From Octopus vulgaris (taxonomy: Eukaryota): DNA of 64,000 nucleotides. The notes beneath the pieces were generated by a model. It was not told the origin of the DNA, did not search any database, and worked only from the letters and a program-made list of their open reading frames with translations. A program made the position numbers and the translations under genes. Of the stretch, positions 37,317 through 49,923 are shown one piece after another (within the stretch, counting starts at the first letter, position 1; each line of letters begins with the position of its first letter). The DNA is taken from assembly GCA_951406725.2 (NCBI GenBank), contig OX597824.1, forward strand, positions 45,942,001-46,006,000, written 5' to 3'.

Positions 37317-38200
37317 CAGGGTGTCCCAAAAATAAGGCAATCAGCATTTCTCAATTTTGCCAAAGCATAATATTGTTATATTTCGAGTTCAAGCATTGCA
37401 ATGCAATGGTAATGGAAAAACAATTATGACACTACTATATTTACTTGATATGACCACCTCTGTTTTGAGTTACAGCCTTAAATCTAGGTATGAATACTTC
37501 ACATGCAGCACTCAGCTGTTCTTGTGGAACTGAAGCTCATTTCTGGTGCAGTTTTGCCTTCAGAGCATTGAGCGAAACATGAGGAGTCCTTGAGACCCTC
37601 ATCTCCAAATTGGACCAAACAGAAAAATTCAGTAGGTTCAGATCAGGGTTTCTTGAGAGCCATAAATCCTTGTCTACAAACGATGAAATGTTTTTTTCTG
37701 AATCTAGTGCTGTGTCTGTTTGGAGCTGTGAGATGGTGCTGAGTCCTGTTGGAGGATCCAAGGAGCACCTTGAAAGTAATCATTTGCCCATGGAAGCAAT
37801 TCAGCTTCCAGAATGTTGCTATTGTATCGGTGGGTGTCAAATTTAACACCCAAGGACATAAAAACGAAGGGAGACCTTCCAGTAGATGTCACAGCTGCCA
37901 AAAAGATAACTGACTGGGGAATTTGATGTTGATTTACGAGTCTACCCTTGGCGGAACCAGATACACTCCAAAGTTGGTCATTCTGGTGGTTTACTGTCTG
38001 TTTGATGTCAAATTTCTTTTCATTAGTGAAACCAGGCTGGGCTGCATGCCTTCAACCAACTGATGCTGGATAAGATGACTTCTCTCCAGTCTGATGGCTT
38101 TATAAACTTGTGTGATGTCATAACAACAGATCATCTTGTAGGGGTAGGTCCTGAGATCCTCCTTCAGCACTCAATACATTGATGTTCAGCTTCTTTTAAC
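37317..38200 (-). mobile_element. Decayed maT-like (DD37D-type) transposon
   Basis: TIR-like cagggtgtcccaaaa; fragments ILEAELLPWANDYFQGAPWILQQDSAPSH and LWLSRNPDLNLLNFSVWSNLE. Confidence 0.7.
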
Positions 38201-38659
38201 CCTGAGGTTATCAAAAACTGATCGAGACTTACTATTGTTCAATGGAATAACAAATGAACGTTTGGTTTCTCTCCTTCCTTTAACAAAACCCTTATGCTTA
38301 GGGCTTTATTGGTTGACCATTTGACTTTAAGTAGTTATTCCACAAATCTAGGAGGAGTGATTGTTTACGAGTACAAAGCCATAACACCAACAAGACTCCA
38401 ATATATTCAAGACTTTGTTATAGTTATCCATGGAACAGGAAATAATATATAAAGTTAGGTTTATAAACTTTAGCAATGCCAAAACACACAGCTAATTGTA
38501 TTGAAGCAATAATCTCATCCTTATGTTACTAATTTTAAATAATTTTCCTGCTTAATTCTTAACCAAACATTTTGGTAACATATGGGTTATTGTGATCAGA
38601 TTGCTTATCTTTCATTTATTTTGAAATTGAAATACCCTGGTGTTGTTTTACATTAAATG

Positions 38660-38695
38660 ACAATCCTGAGCAATGCCGGGTAAACTGTTCGTGTA
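38660..38695 (+). mobile_element. Possible Helitron 3' terminus
   Basis: cctgagcaatgccgggtaaactgttcgt resembles a subterminal hairpin plus a degenerate CTAGT end. Confidence 0.35.
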
Positions 38696-38721
38696 TATAT
38701 AAATAAATATCATTCTGGCTG

Positions 38722-38820
38722 AGTCAGTCTCTTGCTACTCTGAGTTTCACCTGTAAGTGCACATGATCTTCAAGCAAGTTAGTCATAACAGGTGAAACTC
38801 AAAGTAGCAAGAGACTAACT
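38722..38820. repeat. Inverted repeat with 33-bp arms
   Basis: agtcagtctcttgctactctgagtttcacctgt / acaggtgaaactcaaagtagcaagagactaact. Confidence 0.85.
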
Positions 38821-39001
38821 TGACTGAAATAAAAGCTATTAATCTCAACTTTGTGGTACTGAATATGTTTTTTTTTCTGACAGTGAACACAAAACAGATA
38901 CACACACATGTGTGCACATATGCAAGCGCACCCCCCCCCCCCCACATACACACACTCACACATGCACACACACACACTCACACATGCACACACACACACA
39001 C

Positions 39002-39067
<66 letters not shown>

Positions 39068-39949
39068 CATGTATATATGCACTACAGTTCTAAATGTCCT
39101 AACCTTAATAAGTTTCAGATTGATAAACAATTTTATTAAAATGAAAATTATTTGTTTCAGATTCTAAATGTCTAAAAAAATATTAGAGGTTTTAACAAAA
39201 ATCCAGGCTAAAATGAATAAATGTCAAAGTGATTTGCAAGTTTTAATGTTCATGTCCTTCCCAAGAGCATTAGTAATGTAAATAAAATGAGCTGGTTACA
39301 TGTAAAATTAAAACCTGGTTACAATGGTACAGCAAATGGAATTTAACATTTCATAATCACAATTACCATGAAGATAAAGAAATTTTATAGTATAGATATG
39401 TATTAAACCTGACTCAAGCATTTCACCCTTATTTAGTAGTGGAGTGTCCATCATTGACAAAATCAAGCAAAGTTGAAATCACATGACCTGGTGGTCTAAA
39501 GTAGTCCCAAGTCTGGTCCCAAATAGTCATCTCCACCCACAAGAAGTAACAACACTTTGGATCCATTAGTTACTATTGCCCCTGCAAAACTGTTATCACT
39601 GTCACTACCAGAGAAACTTTAGGAAACTCTGATCATGCTATGATCATTGTCAACCTGTTTCTTCTGAGGAAGAAAAGCTTTCAGCACCTTCAAACTGCTC
39701 ACTTTGGTTGGAACAAAGCTGAGTGAAACTTAGATTGCGCAACATCCAAACTTGTTTGTATTTTATAACTCTGGAGTTGTCAGTACTATCCCAAATCAGT
39801 TTTTGCCATTCATCTCTTCATTGTTGACAAAATAACTACTAGCATCTACTAGGGGGTGATTCAATTGAGTATAATCCTCTTCTATATATTTATGACTTTA
39901 AGCCAATGTTACTAAGCCTGATACTTATCTTTGGTTTCAGTAGCCTTAA

Positions 39950-40169
39950 CCCTTTCATTACAGTATTTATTTTGAGATGCTCTGTGTTTCTTTCAATTAC
40001 TTTAAATATAACAAAGAATTTAGTAAAATAACTTAGTTATCATTCAGCTAGTGTTAGGAATATAAATTGCGACTAAGGTTTGGTGGAAGATTTTAATTTA
40101 AAACTTATGAAAACAAAACATTTGTACTCAGAGCCAGAGCCAGTTTCAGCAGGGTTGGTAACAAAAAGG
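39950..40169. mobile_element. piggyBac-type MITE
   Basis: TTAA on both sides; imperfect TIRs ccctttcattac / gtaacaaaaagg. Confidence 0.7.
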
Positions 40170-41110
40170 TTAAATGAAGTGACAAATCTCTTCTTGATAT
40201 CAAACTCCCTGTTGATCCATTGTAAGTAGCTTTTCTTTTTACCCAAAGGAGAAACTGAATTCACTGCTGTAAATAAATCATTCACCATTTCTTCAGTTCC
40301 ACAGTGCTTCTGTCACTTCTAATAATGGTGACACGACATGCAATGTGTAAATATAAATAGCATCAAATGTATTTGATTATTATTGGTTAAATGTCTTGAT
40401 GATAGGCACATATGAAACACATACTAAGCAGGATACACACTGCTGATCTCTTGGTTGGTTGTCAGGTACCTTATCAAACTTATCTGTGTTCTCTGTGGCA
40501 GTGTAGGAAATCAATATTTAGTCAGCCCTTAAACATTCTGCCAAACCTTTTCCCTTCACTGCTGCATAAAAAAAGTAGGACTTTTACAACATGGTCTCCC
40601 CTGTAGAAAGCTTTTAGTAATTTGAAATTCATATTTTGCTATCTTTAGGAGATAATCTTTTGTTTCAATACATAAATATGTCTATGTGCTTATCTCTCAC
40701 AGCAAGATATTTACAGAGCCAAATATGCTATTCAAAATATGAAACATAAATAAACAAAATATTGCTTGCAATACCTATTCCCTTAAAATAAGGCAAAAAA
40801 GAAAAATCAATAACATCTTTTAAAAAAAATCAATGCAATTAATTTCTTTGGTTAGGAAACTTATATGTAGATAATGATAGCAACATATGCCTTGCATCGG
40901 GCTACACAGCTTGCCAGCATAAAAATGCACACACATACACACACATGTGCACGTGCGTGTATATACTTTGACATAGACACTATGTTGGTACTAGTCAGAA
41001 CACTGTCCTTGGGGTATTTTACTACTAATCACTATAAAGATAAATAATAAATAAATATAGATACACATGCATACATATATATAAATATACATAAACATAC
41101 ATACATATAT

Positions 41111-41450
41111 TACTCTTTTACTCTTTTACTTGTTTCAGTCATTTGACTGCGGCCATGCTGGAGCACCGCTTTTAATCAAGCAACTCGACCTCAGGACTTA
41201 TTCTTTTGTAAGCCCAGTACTTATTCTATCAGTCTCTTTTGCCGAACCGCTAAGTAATGGGGACATAAGCACACCAGCATCGGTTGTCAAGCAATGGTTG
41301 TCAAGCAATGCTAGGGAGACAAACACAGACACACAAACACACACACGCATATATATATATACATATATATGACGGGCTTCTTTCAGTTTCCGTCTACCAA
41401 ATCCACTCACAAGGCTTTGGTCGGCCCAAGGCTATAGTAGAAGACACTTG
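41111..41450 (-). mobile_element. SINE family A lacking the head
   Basis: tcttttacttgtttcagtcatttgactgcggccatgctggagcacc through ctatagtagaagacacttg. Confidence 0.85.
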
Positions 41451-41479
41451 TATGTATGTATGTATGTATGTATGTATAA

Positions 41480-41650
41480 GACATTTTAAGATCTACAAAG
41501 ATCAGAACTTAACTGCAGCTCTTAGTGGTCCAAATTGGATATGCAATCTATGTGGGTGTCTTTTCAAAACATTATCTAGTTTAAAAAGCCACATCAGATG
41601 CCATGATGGTTCTAAGGTGGTCAAACTCTGCATAAGGAGTAGACAACCAC
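41480..41650 (+). mobile_element. RTE LINE extreme 3' fragment (C2H2-like motif)
   Basis: WICNLCGCLFKTLSSLKSHIRCH, similar to the C-terminus of the RTE copy at ~9930-10000. Confidence 0.5.
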
Positions 41651-41672
41651 CATGCATGTATAAAAATGTATA

Positions 41673-42934
41673 AAAATGTTGGACAAAATAATGAGAACAC
41701 CACTTTTTATTCAACTACTTTTTTCTGTTGGCAATATGACAAATTCAAACTGTTCTAGTCTATACATATGTATTCATATCCATTGTGTATACCTTGTACT
41801 TCATGATACAGCCATCTGTTATTCTTTTTTTGCAGATATATTTATATAGGTTAAAGGGTTTGACCTGTCTGATTTCCAAAGAGTACAAATTGTTGGAGTA
41901 TGGATGGCTGGAAATTCTATCCCTAAAACTGCTGAATTGTTTAATGTTTCAAGCGGTATAGTGTCTAAAATTATTTTGACATTCCAAAACTAGGGTGAAA
42001 CCAGCTCTGGCAAGCATAATTCTGAATCGAAGGCAGAGCTCAAAGAGATGGACTGCAGTATAGGGAAATGTATTGTGTCTAAAAACCATGGAAATTGGCA
42101 GCAAAAGTAACAACATAGCTAAACCACCACATTGCCAACTCTGTGTCAATGAAAGCTGTTCATTATAAACTCCATAAAGCTAGATACCATGGGAGGGCTA
42201 CAGTTGCTAAACCTTTCCTGTTCTCCATCAAAACTGATAAATGGAAAAAATGGTGTCTAGACAACAAGAAGCAATCAATGGCTCAATGGAACAATGTTAT
42301 CTTTGCCAATGTATCATCGTTCACCTTTTTTCCCATTTCGAGATGAGTTTATATCTGGAGACAGCCCAAAGAAACCTTCAACTCTGACTGATTAGCCCCT
42401 GCTATAAAGCATGGAAGTGGCTCTGTAATGATTTGAGCAGCTGTATCAAAGAATTCTCTTGACCCTTTAGTTGTTTTTCATGGCAGAGTTAACACTAAAG
42501 ATTATCTGAAACTTTTAGCTGACCATGTCTATCTTATGGTATAAACATTTTTCCTCAGTACTAATACAATCTTCTAGGATGATAATGCACTAATCTACTT
42601 GGCCAATGTTATTCAAAATTGATATAACATGAAGAAAAGGGAAATAATTCACTTGGACTGGCTCCCACAATTACTGCATCTTAATATAATCAAACATTTT
42701 ATGGTGCATTTTGGAGCAGCATGTGAGAAGTTGCTTTTCTCTGTTGCTGCTGAAACAGTTAGAGCAGGTTCTACTTGAAGAATGACTCAAAATTCCACTA
42801 ACAATTGTTCAGAACCTGTATGAGTCAATTCCTTGACATATTAATGCTGTGATTGTTGCCAAAGTTGGGCCAACTCTGTATTAAAAAAAAAAAATTTCCA
42901 TTTAGCAAAGTGATTCTATTTGGTCCAACCCCTG
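41673..42934 (+). mobile_element. Decayed full-length Tc1-like element related to 47201-48471
   Basis: TIRs gttggacaaaataat / gtccaacccctg; fragments DLSDFQRVQIVG, LHKARYHGRATVAKP, SSFTFFP and DDNAL; many stops. Confidence 0.85.
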
Positions 42935-43325
42935 TATTTGCACACTTATAATAGCTTAAGATAATTTTCTTGACACTGACATTGAAGTTTCACCAGTATT
43001 TGATGTCAGACAATACTAAACCCCTTGTGCCATTTATGTAGTTGGGTCTGTCAAAATGTTAGCAGGATTGGTATGAGATAGAGAGAGTTCATATATTTAT
43101 GCATGCACATGTGTGTGTCTGTGTGTGTGTATGTGTGTGTTAGTACACACAACACACACACAAACCTCCCACATACACACACAAACAAACAAATAACCTC
43201 AAAAAATAACTGTCTATATTGTTATATACTGAAAGTCTTTTGTTTTTGAAGTTGTGTTGACAGACTTGCACTTAAAATTTCCCCACATTTTTAATTAAAA
43301 CTTGTTAGTTACTATGGTGACAATG

Positions 43326-43327
<2 letters not shown>

Positions 43328-43395
<68 letters not shown>

Positions 43396-43460
43396 GTCTG
43401 TCTGTCTGTCTGTCTGTCTGTATGTCTATATATCTATCTATCTATCTATCTATCTATTTG

Positions 43461-43505
<45 letters not shown>

Positions 43506-43545
43506 TTACCTATCTAGCTAGCTAGCTATCACACACACACACACA

Positions 43546-43580
<35 letters not shown>
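43328..43580. repeat. (TATC)n/(TGTC)n/(CA)n/(CT)n microsatellite cluster
   Basis: Read directly from the sequence. Confidence 0.95.
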
Positions 43581-43584
<4 letters not shown>

Positions 43585-43734
43585 TATTTCTCTCTCAACA
43601 GCAACAACCTTTTTTCCTCCCTTTTTCTGAAAAAACTTCGTGACATATATTTTGATTCCTCCTCTTCTTTCCCTTCCTTAAATAGATGTTGTGACAGACA
43701 GACAAACAGAGATCTGCTTCTCTTTTATAACATA

Positions 43735-43855
43735 GACTTACAGCTGTTTCCAGTTGTCATTATAGGATCATTTTTGATTGGTTTACTCAATCAGTCCATT
43801 GATCTGTTGAGTAAACCAATCAATAATGAACCTATAACAACTACAGCTGTAAGTC
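43735..43855. repeat. Fold-back with hammerhead 3'-half motif
   Basis: gacttacagctgtttc...gattggtttactcaa / ttgagtaaaccaatc...acagctgtaagtc. Confidence 0.75.
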
Positions 43856-43946
43856 AAATATACTACAATGTAAATGTATATAATGACCATTATTAATGCT
43901 TTGTCTTGTATATGAATATAAATACGATATTTTGAGTTCATTCTGC

Positions 43947-43989
<43 letters not shown>

Positions 43990-44439
43990 TCACCATGATT
44001 GATCGCTAAATCCACAAGTTTTTTTATTCTCTCTCTGTTTATTTCCTCATTTTCCTTTCTGTTGAAGAGCGTGGGCTTGAAACGTTAAGACTTTCTCACT
44101 TTCCCAAGTGTCAAACTAATACACCTGCCTGTTGTTCATACACCAGTCTTCCACTTTTGTTTTTCTGTAAATTTCAATTATGTGTATGTTTGTGTTAATA
44201 TAAGATATAAGATCCAAGGGTCGACGTGTAGGAAGAAAGTTAACTTCAAGCAATCCATAATAAATATAAAAGACTTTCAGGAGCAATAGTGGTTTATTGA
44301 GGTGAAAGGTTGTGGATTTTATCGTATTGAAGTATGATAAGCTGAAAAAAATTCTTTTTATATTTCACTGTAGGCAACCAGGGTAGCTGAGTATGCAAAT
44401 AAGAATACAAAAGTTAAGGAATGGAGTAGATAAGATCTG

Positions 44440-44523
44440 GGCTACATATGTTTCATAGCAAGTGGAATCTCAGAAGTGGTAAATATCCAAGCAAGGTGTA
44501 TACTGCAGGCTACTTGCCAGGCC
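44440..44523 (-). ncRNA. Decayed minimal hammerhead ribozyme
   Basis: Minus strand ggc-ctggcaa-gtagc...gctat-GAAACATATGTA-gcc; stems I, II and palindromic stem III intact, CUGANGA core mutated. Confidence 0.45.
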
Positions 44524-44609
44524 AAGGAAATCTTGATTAAATGAAAGTTTACACTATTGCAAGGAGGTACATGTTAGCACATGGAAGATTTGATCAGAAT
44601 ATATATCTA

Positions 44610-44832
44610 CAGGGTGGGCCAAAAGTAAATATACATTTTTTAACTTAATTTATTCATTTTTTTACAGGTACCGTGAATAATGGCAAATAATTTGAGTCAA
44701 GAACAAAGGAAGTAGAGTATTTATGAAATTAAACTGTGTTCAATAAATGTAATTGTAATAAATAAGTGTAAATGTAATAAAACGAAAAAATTTTAAAGTG
44801 TATACCTACTTTAAAGTGTATAGCCCACCCTG
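44610..44832. mobile_element. Tc1/mariner-type MITE
   Basis: TIRs cagggtgggc / gcccaccctg, with TA on the left. Confidence 0.7.
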
Positions 44833-46875
44833 CATATATATGTATGTGTGTGCATGAATCTGTATATATGTGTATGTATCTACATATGCACACACACATG
44901 CACATGCACACACACACACGCATGCCTGCATGCGTGTGTGTGTGTATGCATAGTATGGTTGGTGGAGCTCTCCAACCCTGCAAGATGATTCATCTGAGAG
45001 AAGGCCTCTTTAATGTAAAACTTATGGCTTTCTGGTCATTGCAGACATCTTAGCTGGCTGAGCCACTGTGGTCAGATCTTCAAGTCTAAAGAGTGGGATC
45101 AGATTACACACAGTAGCCTGGGAACAAAATTTGCTTTTCAGGTGCAAACTCAGGTCCAATTTTTTTACAAACAAGGCTAACTCTTTTCAATCTTAATATC
45201 AAAATAAACACAGGTATGATAATAATAATAATTAATATATATGGAAAAGTAATGCATAGAATCATTCCAAAAAATTTTCTATACTTGTTCATTTTGATAA
45301 TAAAATTTTCCAAGAGGTGGTCCAAAGTATTTTCATTGCACAAGTTTTTATGTACATGCATTACGGCACAGTGTGTCAGATGGTGTCACATCATTGTGAT
45401 ATGGAGTCAGGTCTTCAAACAGTGAAGTGTGCTGAACATTCTCTTACTTGATGCAACAGACACAGGCTTGCAACATAATAACATTTTCATCACAAAGGCT
45501 GGTCCATAGCGCTTTCAGAAGAATGGTGATTTGGTGAACAAAATTCAATGCATCAGTGACCATGGAAACCATATTTCGAATTTCTTAGAAAAATTTTCTT
45601 GCTTTGGGAGGGGTTGTTGTCCAGAGTTGGTATAATTGCACAGTTGAATATGATTATAATTATATAGTTTGCAACTGTTGATTTTACTATTATACCCAGT
45701 AGATATCTAGGTGATTTCTGGGTTTCAATGAAAGTCTGGACCAACACTGCCACTGTAAAGGATCTTTCTACTGTTGATTTGGTGGTGGTTTGGTGTCATA
45801 CTTTTTTACTAGTGCATTGAATCCCTGGAAGATGAGTGAAGGTACAGTCACATATTAGAAATAATCTTTTGTATTGGGAATAGCAACAGATTTCTGGATT
45901 TCAGTTTACATGTATATAAGTTATTAAGTGTGATTTAGTGTTTAGTGGTGGTGGTGGTGTTGCAAGATGTGTGGTTTGGCGTTGGCTGGTATTGCTTGTA
46001 CAAATTGTGCATCTTGTCCTAGGTAAATGGACGAAGTTACAGTCACTGCATATGCATAGTCTCCCGTGTTGAGAATAGCAGCATATTGTGGGGTTTCACG
46101 TGTTCATTATTTTATTTACAGTTGACAGATTTATCATGGAGTTGCCAGGTATACATTCAGATTGAGGTGGACAGTGGTGGGGGATAGCGTGATTCTTCAC
46201 TAATTGGAATAGTAGTAGTGGTGATGGTAATAGCAGTAGAATAGGATAACAATAGTGAGGATGGATCTCTTGTGTCACTCTGAGAAGAATTCAAGTGGCC
46301 TGTGTTGTTTAATGGTTCCTCAATTGTGCTAGTAGTGAGGAGTGGCTGTGGTTGTTGTTTCACACACACACACACACACATACAAATTTTTTTGATAAAT
46401 ATATATATGTATATTATATGTATAATTTTAATTTTGAGGAAGCTTTAGTTTAGTAATATATCTTTCTAGGAATTTTGGGGTATTTTCTTTTTATTTAGTT
46501 TTGTTCTTCGTTCTTATTTTATGAAGAAACCTAACTTCAAACAACTTTTTACAGATCAGTTTTTAAACACTATTTTTCTAAGCCTAGGAAGTGCAATACT
46601 GAATTTTGCACCACCACAAAATTAGGAGGTGGAGGAGAGGCAAATGCAACCCCTGTTTCTGGGCCCTTGATTACACAGACTGGCTCTCACTTTAAAACTA
46701 CCAAGTGCAGGCAAGAAGAAAAAGTCTTGCAGCATCAAGGATTGGTTTACATAACCAATTAAGGGTGTGCATTTCTTCCTCACGATCTTCAGTCATGAAG
46801 AAACTGGTATCATATATACATACATTTGTATGTGTATAAACACACACACACACATGTCTGTGTGTGTGTGTGTAT

Positions 46876-47089
46876 GAGGGGTTGCTGAAAATTCCTGGCT
46901 TTGGGTAAAAGAAAATACAAGAGGATCAGTTAATTGTGGTTTTGATCTACATCTTCCCCTCTCAGATTCACATACTTATTGCAGTGGTATTTCAGTTTTT
47001 CTAAGCCCTGCAGAAGAACTTGGAAGGTTGGGCCTCCAACCAAGCCTTACATGACATCCTTAGAGCCAGCAACTTTTCAGAACCTCCTT
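46876..47089. mobile_element. mariner-derived MITE
   Basis: gaggggttgctgaaaattcctggct / agccagcaacttttcagaacctcc; a solitary related TIR lies at ~50021-50048. Confidence 0.6.
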
Positions 47090-47157
47090 CTGTGTGTGTG
47101 TGTGTGCGCGCTCGCGCATGTGCGTATGTGTGTGTGTGTGTGTGTGTGCGTGTGTGC

Positions 47158-47200
<43 letters not shown>

Positions 47201-47203
<3 letters not shown>

Positions 47204-48471
47204 GGGTTGGAGAAAATAATAGAAACACCTTAAAATTTCAAACAAATTTATTTTAATATGGGGAAGGACCACCTTTGGCATTAATTACAGCTTGAATTGT
47301 ATGAGGTATGGTTTGTACAAACTTTGAGTTGTTTCCAAAGGAATTTTTGTCCATACTTCTGCTAAAACAGTCTCCAGTTCTTGTAGTGATGATGGTGGAG
47401 GATATCGACTCCTTACTTGTTTTTCTAAAATGTACCATTAATGTTCAATAATATTGAGATCTGGGTTTGTGGTGGCCAGATAAGATGTTCAACTTTACTA
47501 GAATGTTCTTTGTGCCATTCAGTAACAACTTTAGTTGTGTGAATTGGTGCATTATCATCCTGAAAGATTGCATTTCTCTCCTGAAACAGTTCTGCAACAA
47601 TAGGATGAATTTGATCAGATAAAATGCTTAAATAGTCTTGACTATTAATTCTGCCATGAAGGGAAACCATTGGGCCAGCAGATTTCCAAGATATAACCCT
47701 CCAGATCATCACAGATACTCCTCCATGTTTAGCAGTTGGAAGAAGGTAGTCTGGGTCAAATGCTTCCTTTGACTGTCTCCACACGTATACTCGGCCAGTG
47801 GTCGGAAATAAAGTAAAGGATGACTCGTCCAAGAAAGTAACATTCTTCCACTGCTCTAGAGACCAATTCTGTAGGTTTTTACTCCACTCTAAATGCTTTG
47901 CAACACTTGTTTTTGAAAGTAGCAGTTTTCTCATTGCAGCCCTCCCATGAAATCCAGCTTTGTGCAGCTCCCAGCGAACAGTTTTTGTGGAAACTAGGTT
48001 TTCAAGGTGGATATTAAACTCTGCAGTAATTTTGGGAGCTGTACTTTTGTGATCCTTTCTAACAATTCGCGTAAGAGTCCGACAGTCCCTATCTGAAAGT
48101 TTTGGTTTTCTTCCAGAGTTTTGTTTTGATGGGGAGGTTTTTCCCTCTTTCTCAAGGGCTGTCATTACTTTTGAGACAGTACTTCTTGGTACACCAAACA
48201 TTTCAGCTGTTTTCATTATGCTAGCACCTGCCATACGAGTACCAACAATTTGACCTCTTTGAAAGTCCAATAGGTCTGTCATTTTAATGAATTCTAATTA
48301 CCTTTTCCTGATGATATCTGAAAAGAAACAGCAATTTTAGCAAAACCAATTAGGCAACACTAATATTAAAACAAAAAACATAAAAATGAACAAGCTTTTG
48401 ACAGTTTTATTGATATTTCAAAATTATGATGTTGTGATGCTAGGTGTTGCTATTATTTTGTCCAACCCCTG
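47201..48471 (-). mobile_element. Tc1-family transposon, DD36E (Incomer-like), full length
   Basis: TIRs caggggttggagaaaataatagaaacacct / aggtgttgctattattttgtccaacccctg with TA on both sides; ~1.27 kb. Confidence 0.92.
47253..48282 (-). pseudogene. Tc1-like transposase, disrupted near the C-terminus
   Basis: 285-aa ORF with HTH, LDESSF and FQDDNAPIH; a frameshift after WPPQ hides PDLNIIEH and is followed by a stop; C-terminal IQAVINAKGGPSPY. Confidence 0.9.
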
Positions 48472-49310
48472 TATATACATTTATATATATTATATGTTTA
48501 AATTTTATATACTGTATAAAAATGATATATATGTTTGTGTGTGTACATATATATATGCATGTATATATCTCTACACAAATATATATATAAACTCACATAC
48601 ATACATATAAATATAAACATATACATATTGACAATCAGATATATATATATATATTCACATGCATACAAGTTCATACATAACTAATTCCTCATATCCAGTA
48701 CATACATAGATATATTCATAAAAGGCATGGACATGGACATATTCACATGCATGTACACAAACACATGCATGCACACACAGAGAAATAAATGTTTGAACAC
48801 ATATAAAAATACACACACATACAACAGCACACACAAAATTATTCCCATTGCTTTTATAAAGCTTGTTAAAAGCATGACTTCAACCCAAGTAGGAAAGTGA
48901 TTTAAATGATATTAAAAATGAAAAAAAAAAGACACTGCATATGTCAATCAATGCTAAGAGCATAGGATGCAGAAAGGGAAAGTATGAGAATGAAAGAGCA
49001 TAAGGAAAGAGAATAGAAAAAAGGGTGTGTGCGTGTGTTGTGTGTGTGTGTGTGCATGTGTGTGCGCGTGAGTGTGTGTCTGTGTTTATGCATGTGTGTA
49101 TATGTGTGTGTTTGTGAATGTGTGTTTATGCGTGTGGTGTGTGTGTTTGTGTGTGTGTGTGTGTGTGTACACTTAAGCTGTAGATAAATTAATGTCGGCT
49201 AAATAAAGTTGACTGCAATTTGTCAGCTTTTATATGTATGTATGTACGTATGTATGTATGTATGTATGTATGTATGTATGTATGTATGTATGTATGTGTG
49301 TATGTATGTA

Positions 49311-49342
<32 letters not shown>

Positions 49343-49355
49343 TATACATAAATAT

Positions 49356-49701
49356 AGATTAAAGCAGAAATGAAAAGGCAAACGGTTTGGCGAGACTTGG
49401 CAAGGGCATTAATTTGGCTATATAATAGAAGGGTTTACATAGTCTCTAACAGCTATTTCTAAAATATCCCAGCTATTGGAATATTGTGTCAAGCAAGGAT
49501 TCCATAGGCTGAGTACTTTGTCATCAAAGAGAAAGGTGGAATACTCAGCCTAAGGAAGCCTTACTTGACACAATGTCCTAATTGCTGGGGCATTCTTGAA
49601 ACAGTTGTTAGTGACTATGTAAGCCTATTTATTATAAAGCTAAATTAATGCCCTTGTCAAATATTGCCGAACAATTTGCCTTTACATTTCTGTTTAAACC
49701 T
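49356..49701. repeat. Long decayed fold-back containing a hammerhead relic (minus 49444-49531)
   Basis: ~165-bp diverged arms. Minus strand reads ctct-ttgatga-...gtactcagc...gctgggatat...-gaaatagctgtt-agag; the right arm has gaaacagttgttag. Confidence 0.7.
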
Positions 49702-49870
49702 GTATGTACTGGCTCAAGAGGAAGCCACTTCTAGCTACTTTAGAGAGGCAGTCACAAAATCACATGTTCAACTGCAATTCAAACTGTGGCATACCAGCTT
49801 GAACACTCAGACCACATACCTATTACTTCGAGTCACCCCAAGGAAAACTACATATATCTTTTGCACACAT

Positions 49871-49923
<53 letters not shown>

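Noticed and set aside
39300-40600. Host exons or transposase relic around the piggyBac MITE
   Set aside because: Stops in the frames examined and no recognisable motif.
45230-46350. Decayed Penelope GIY-YIG region
   Set aside because: Only a vague resemblance; no motif could be confirmed by eye.
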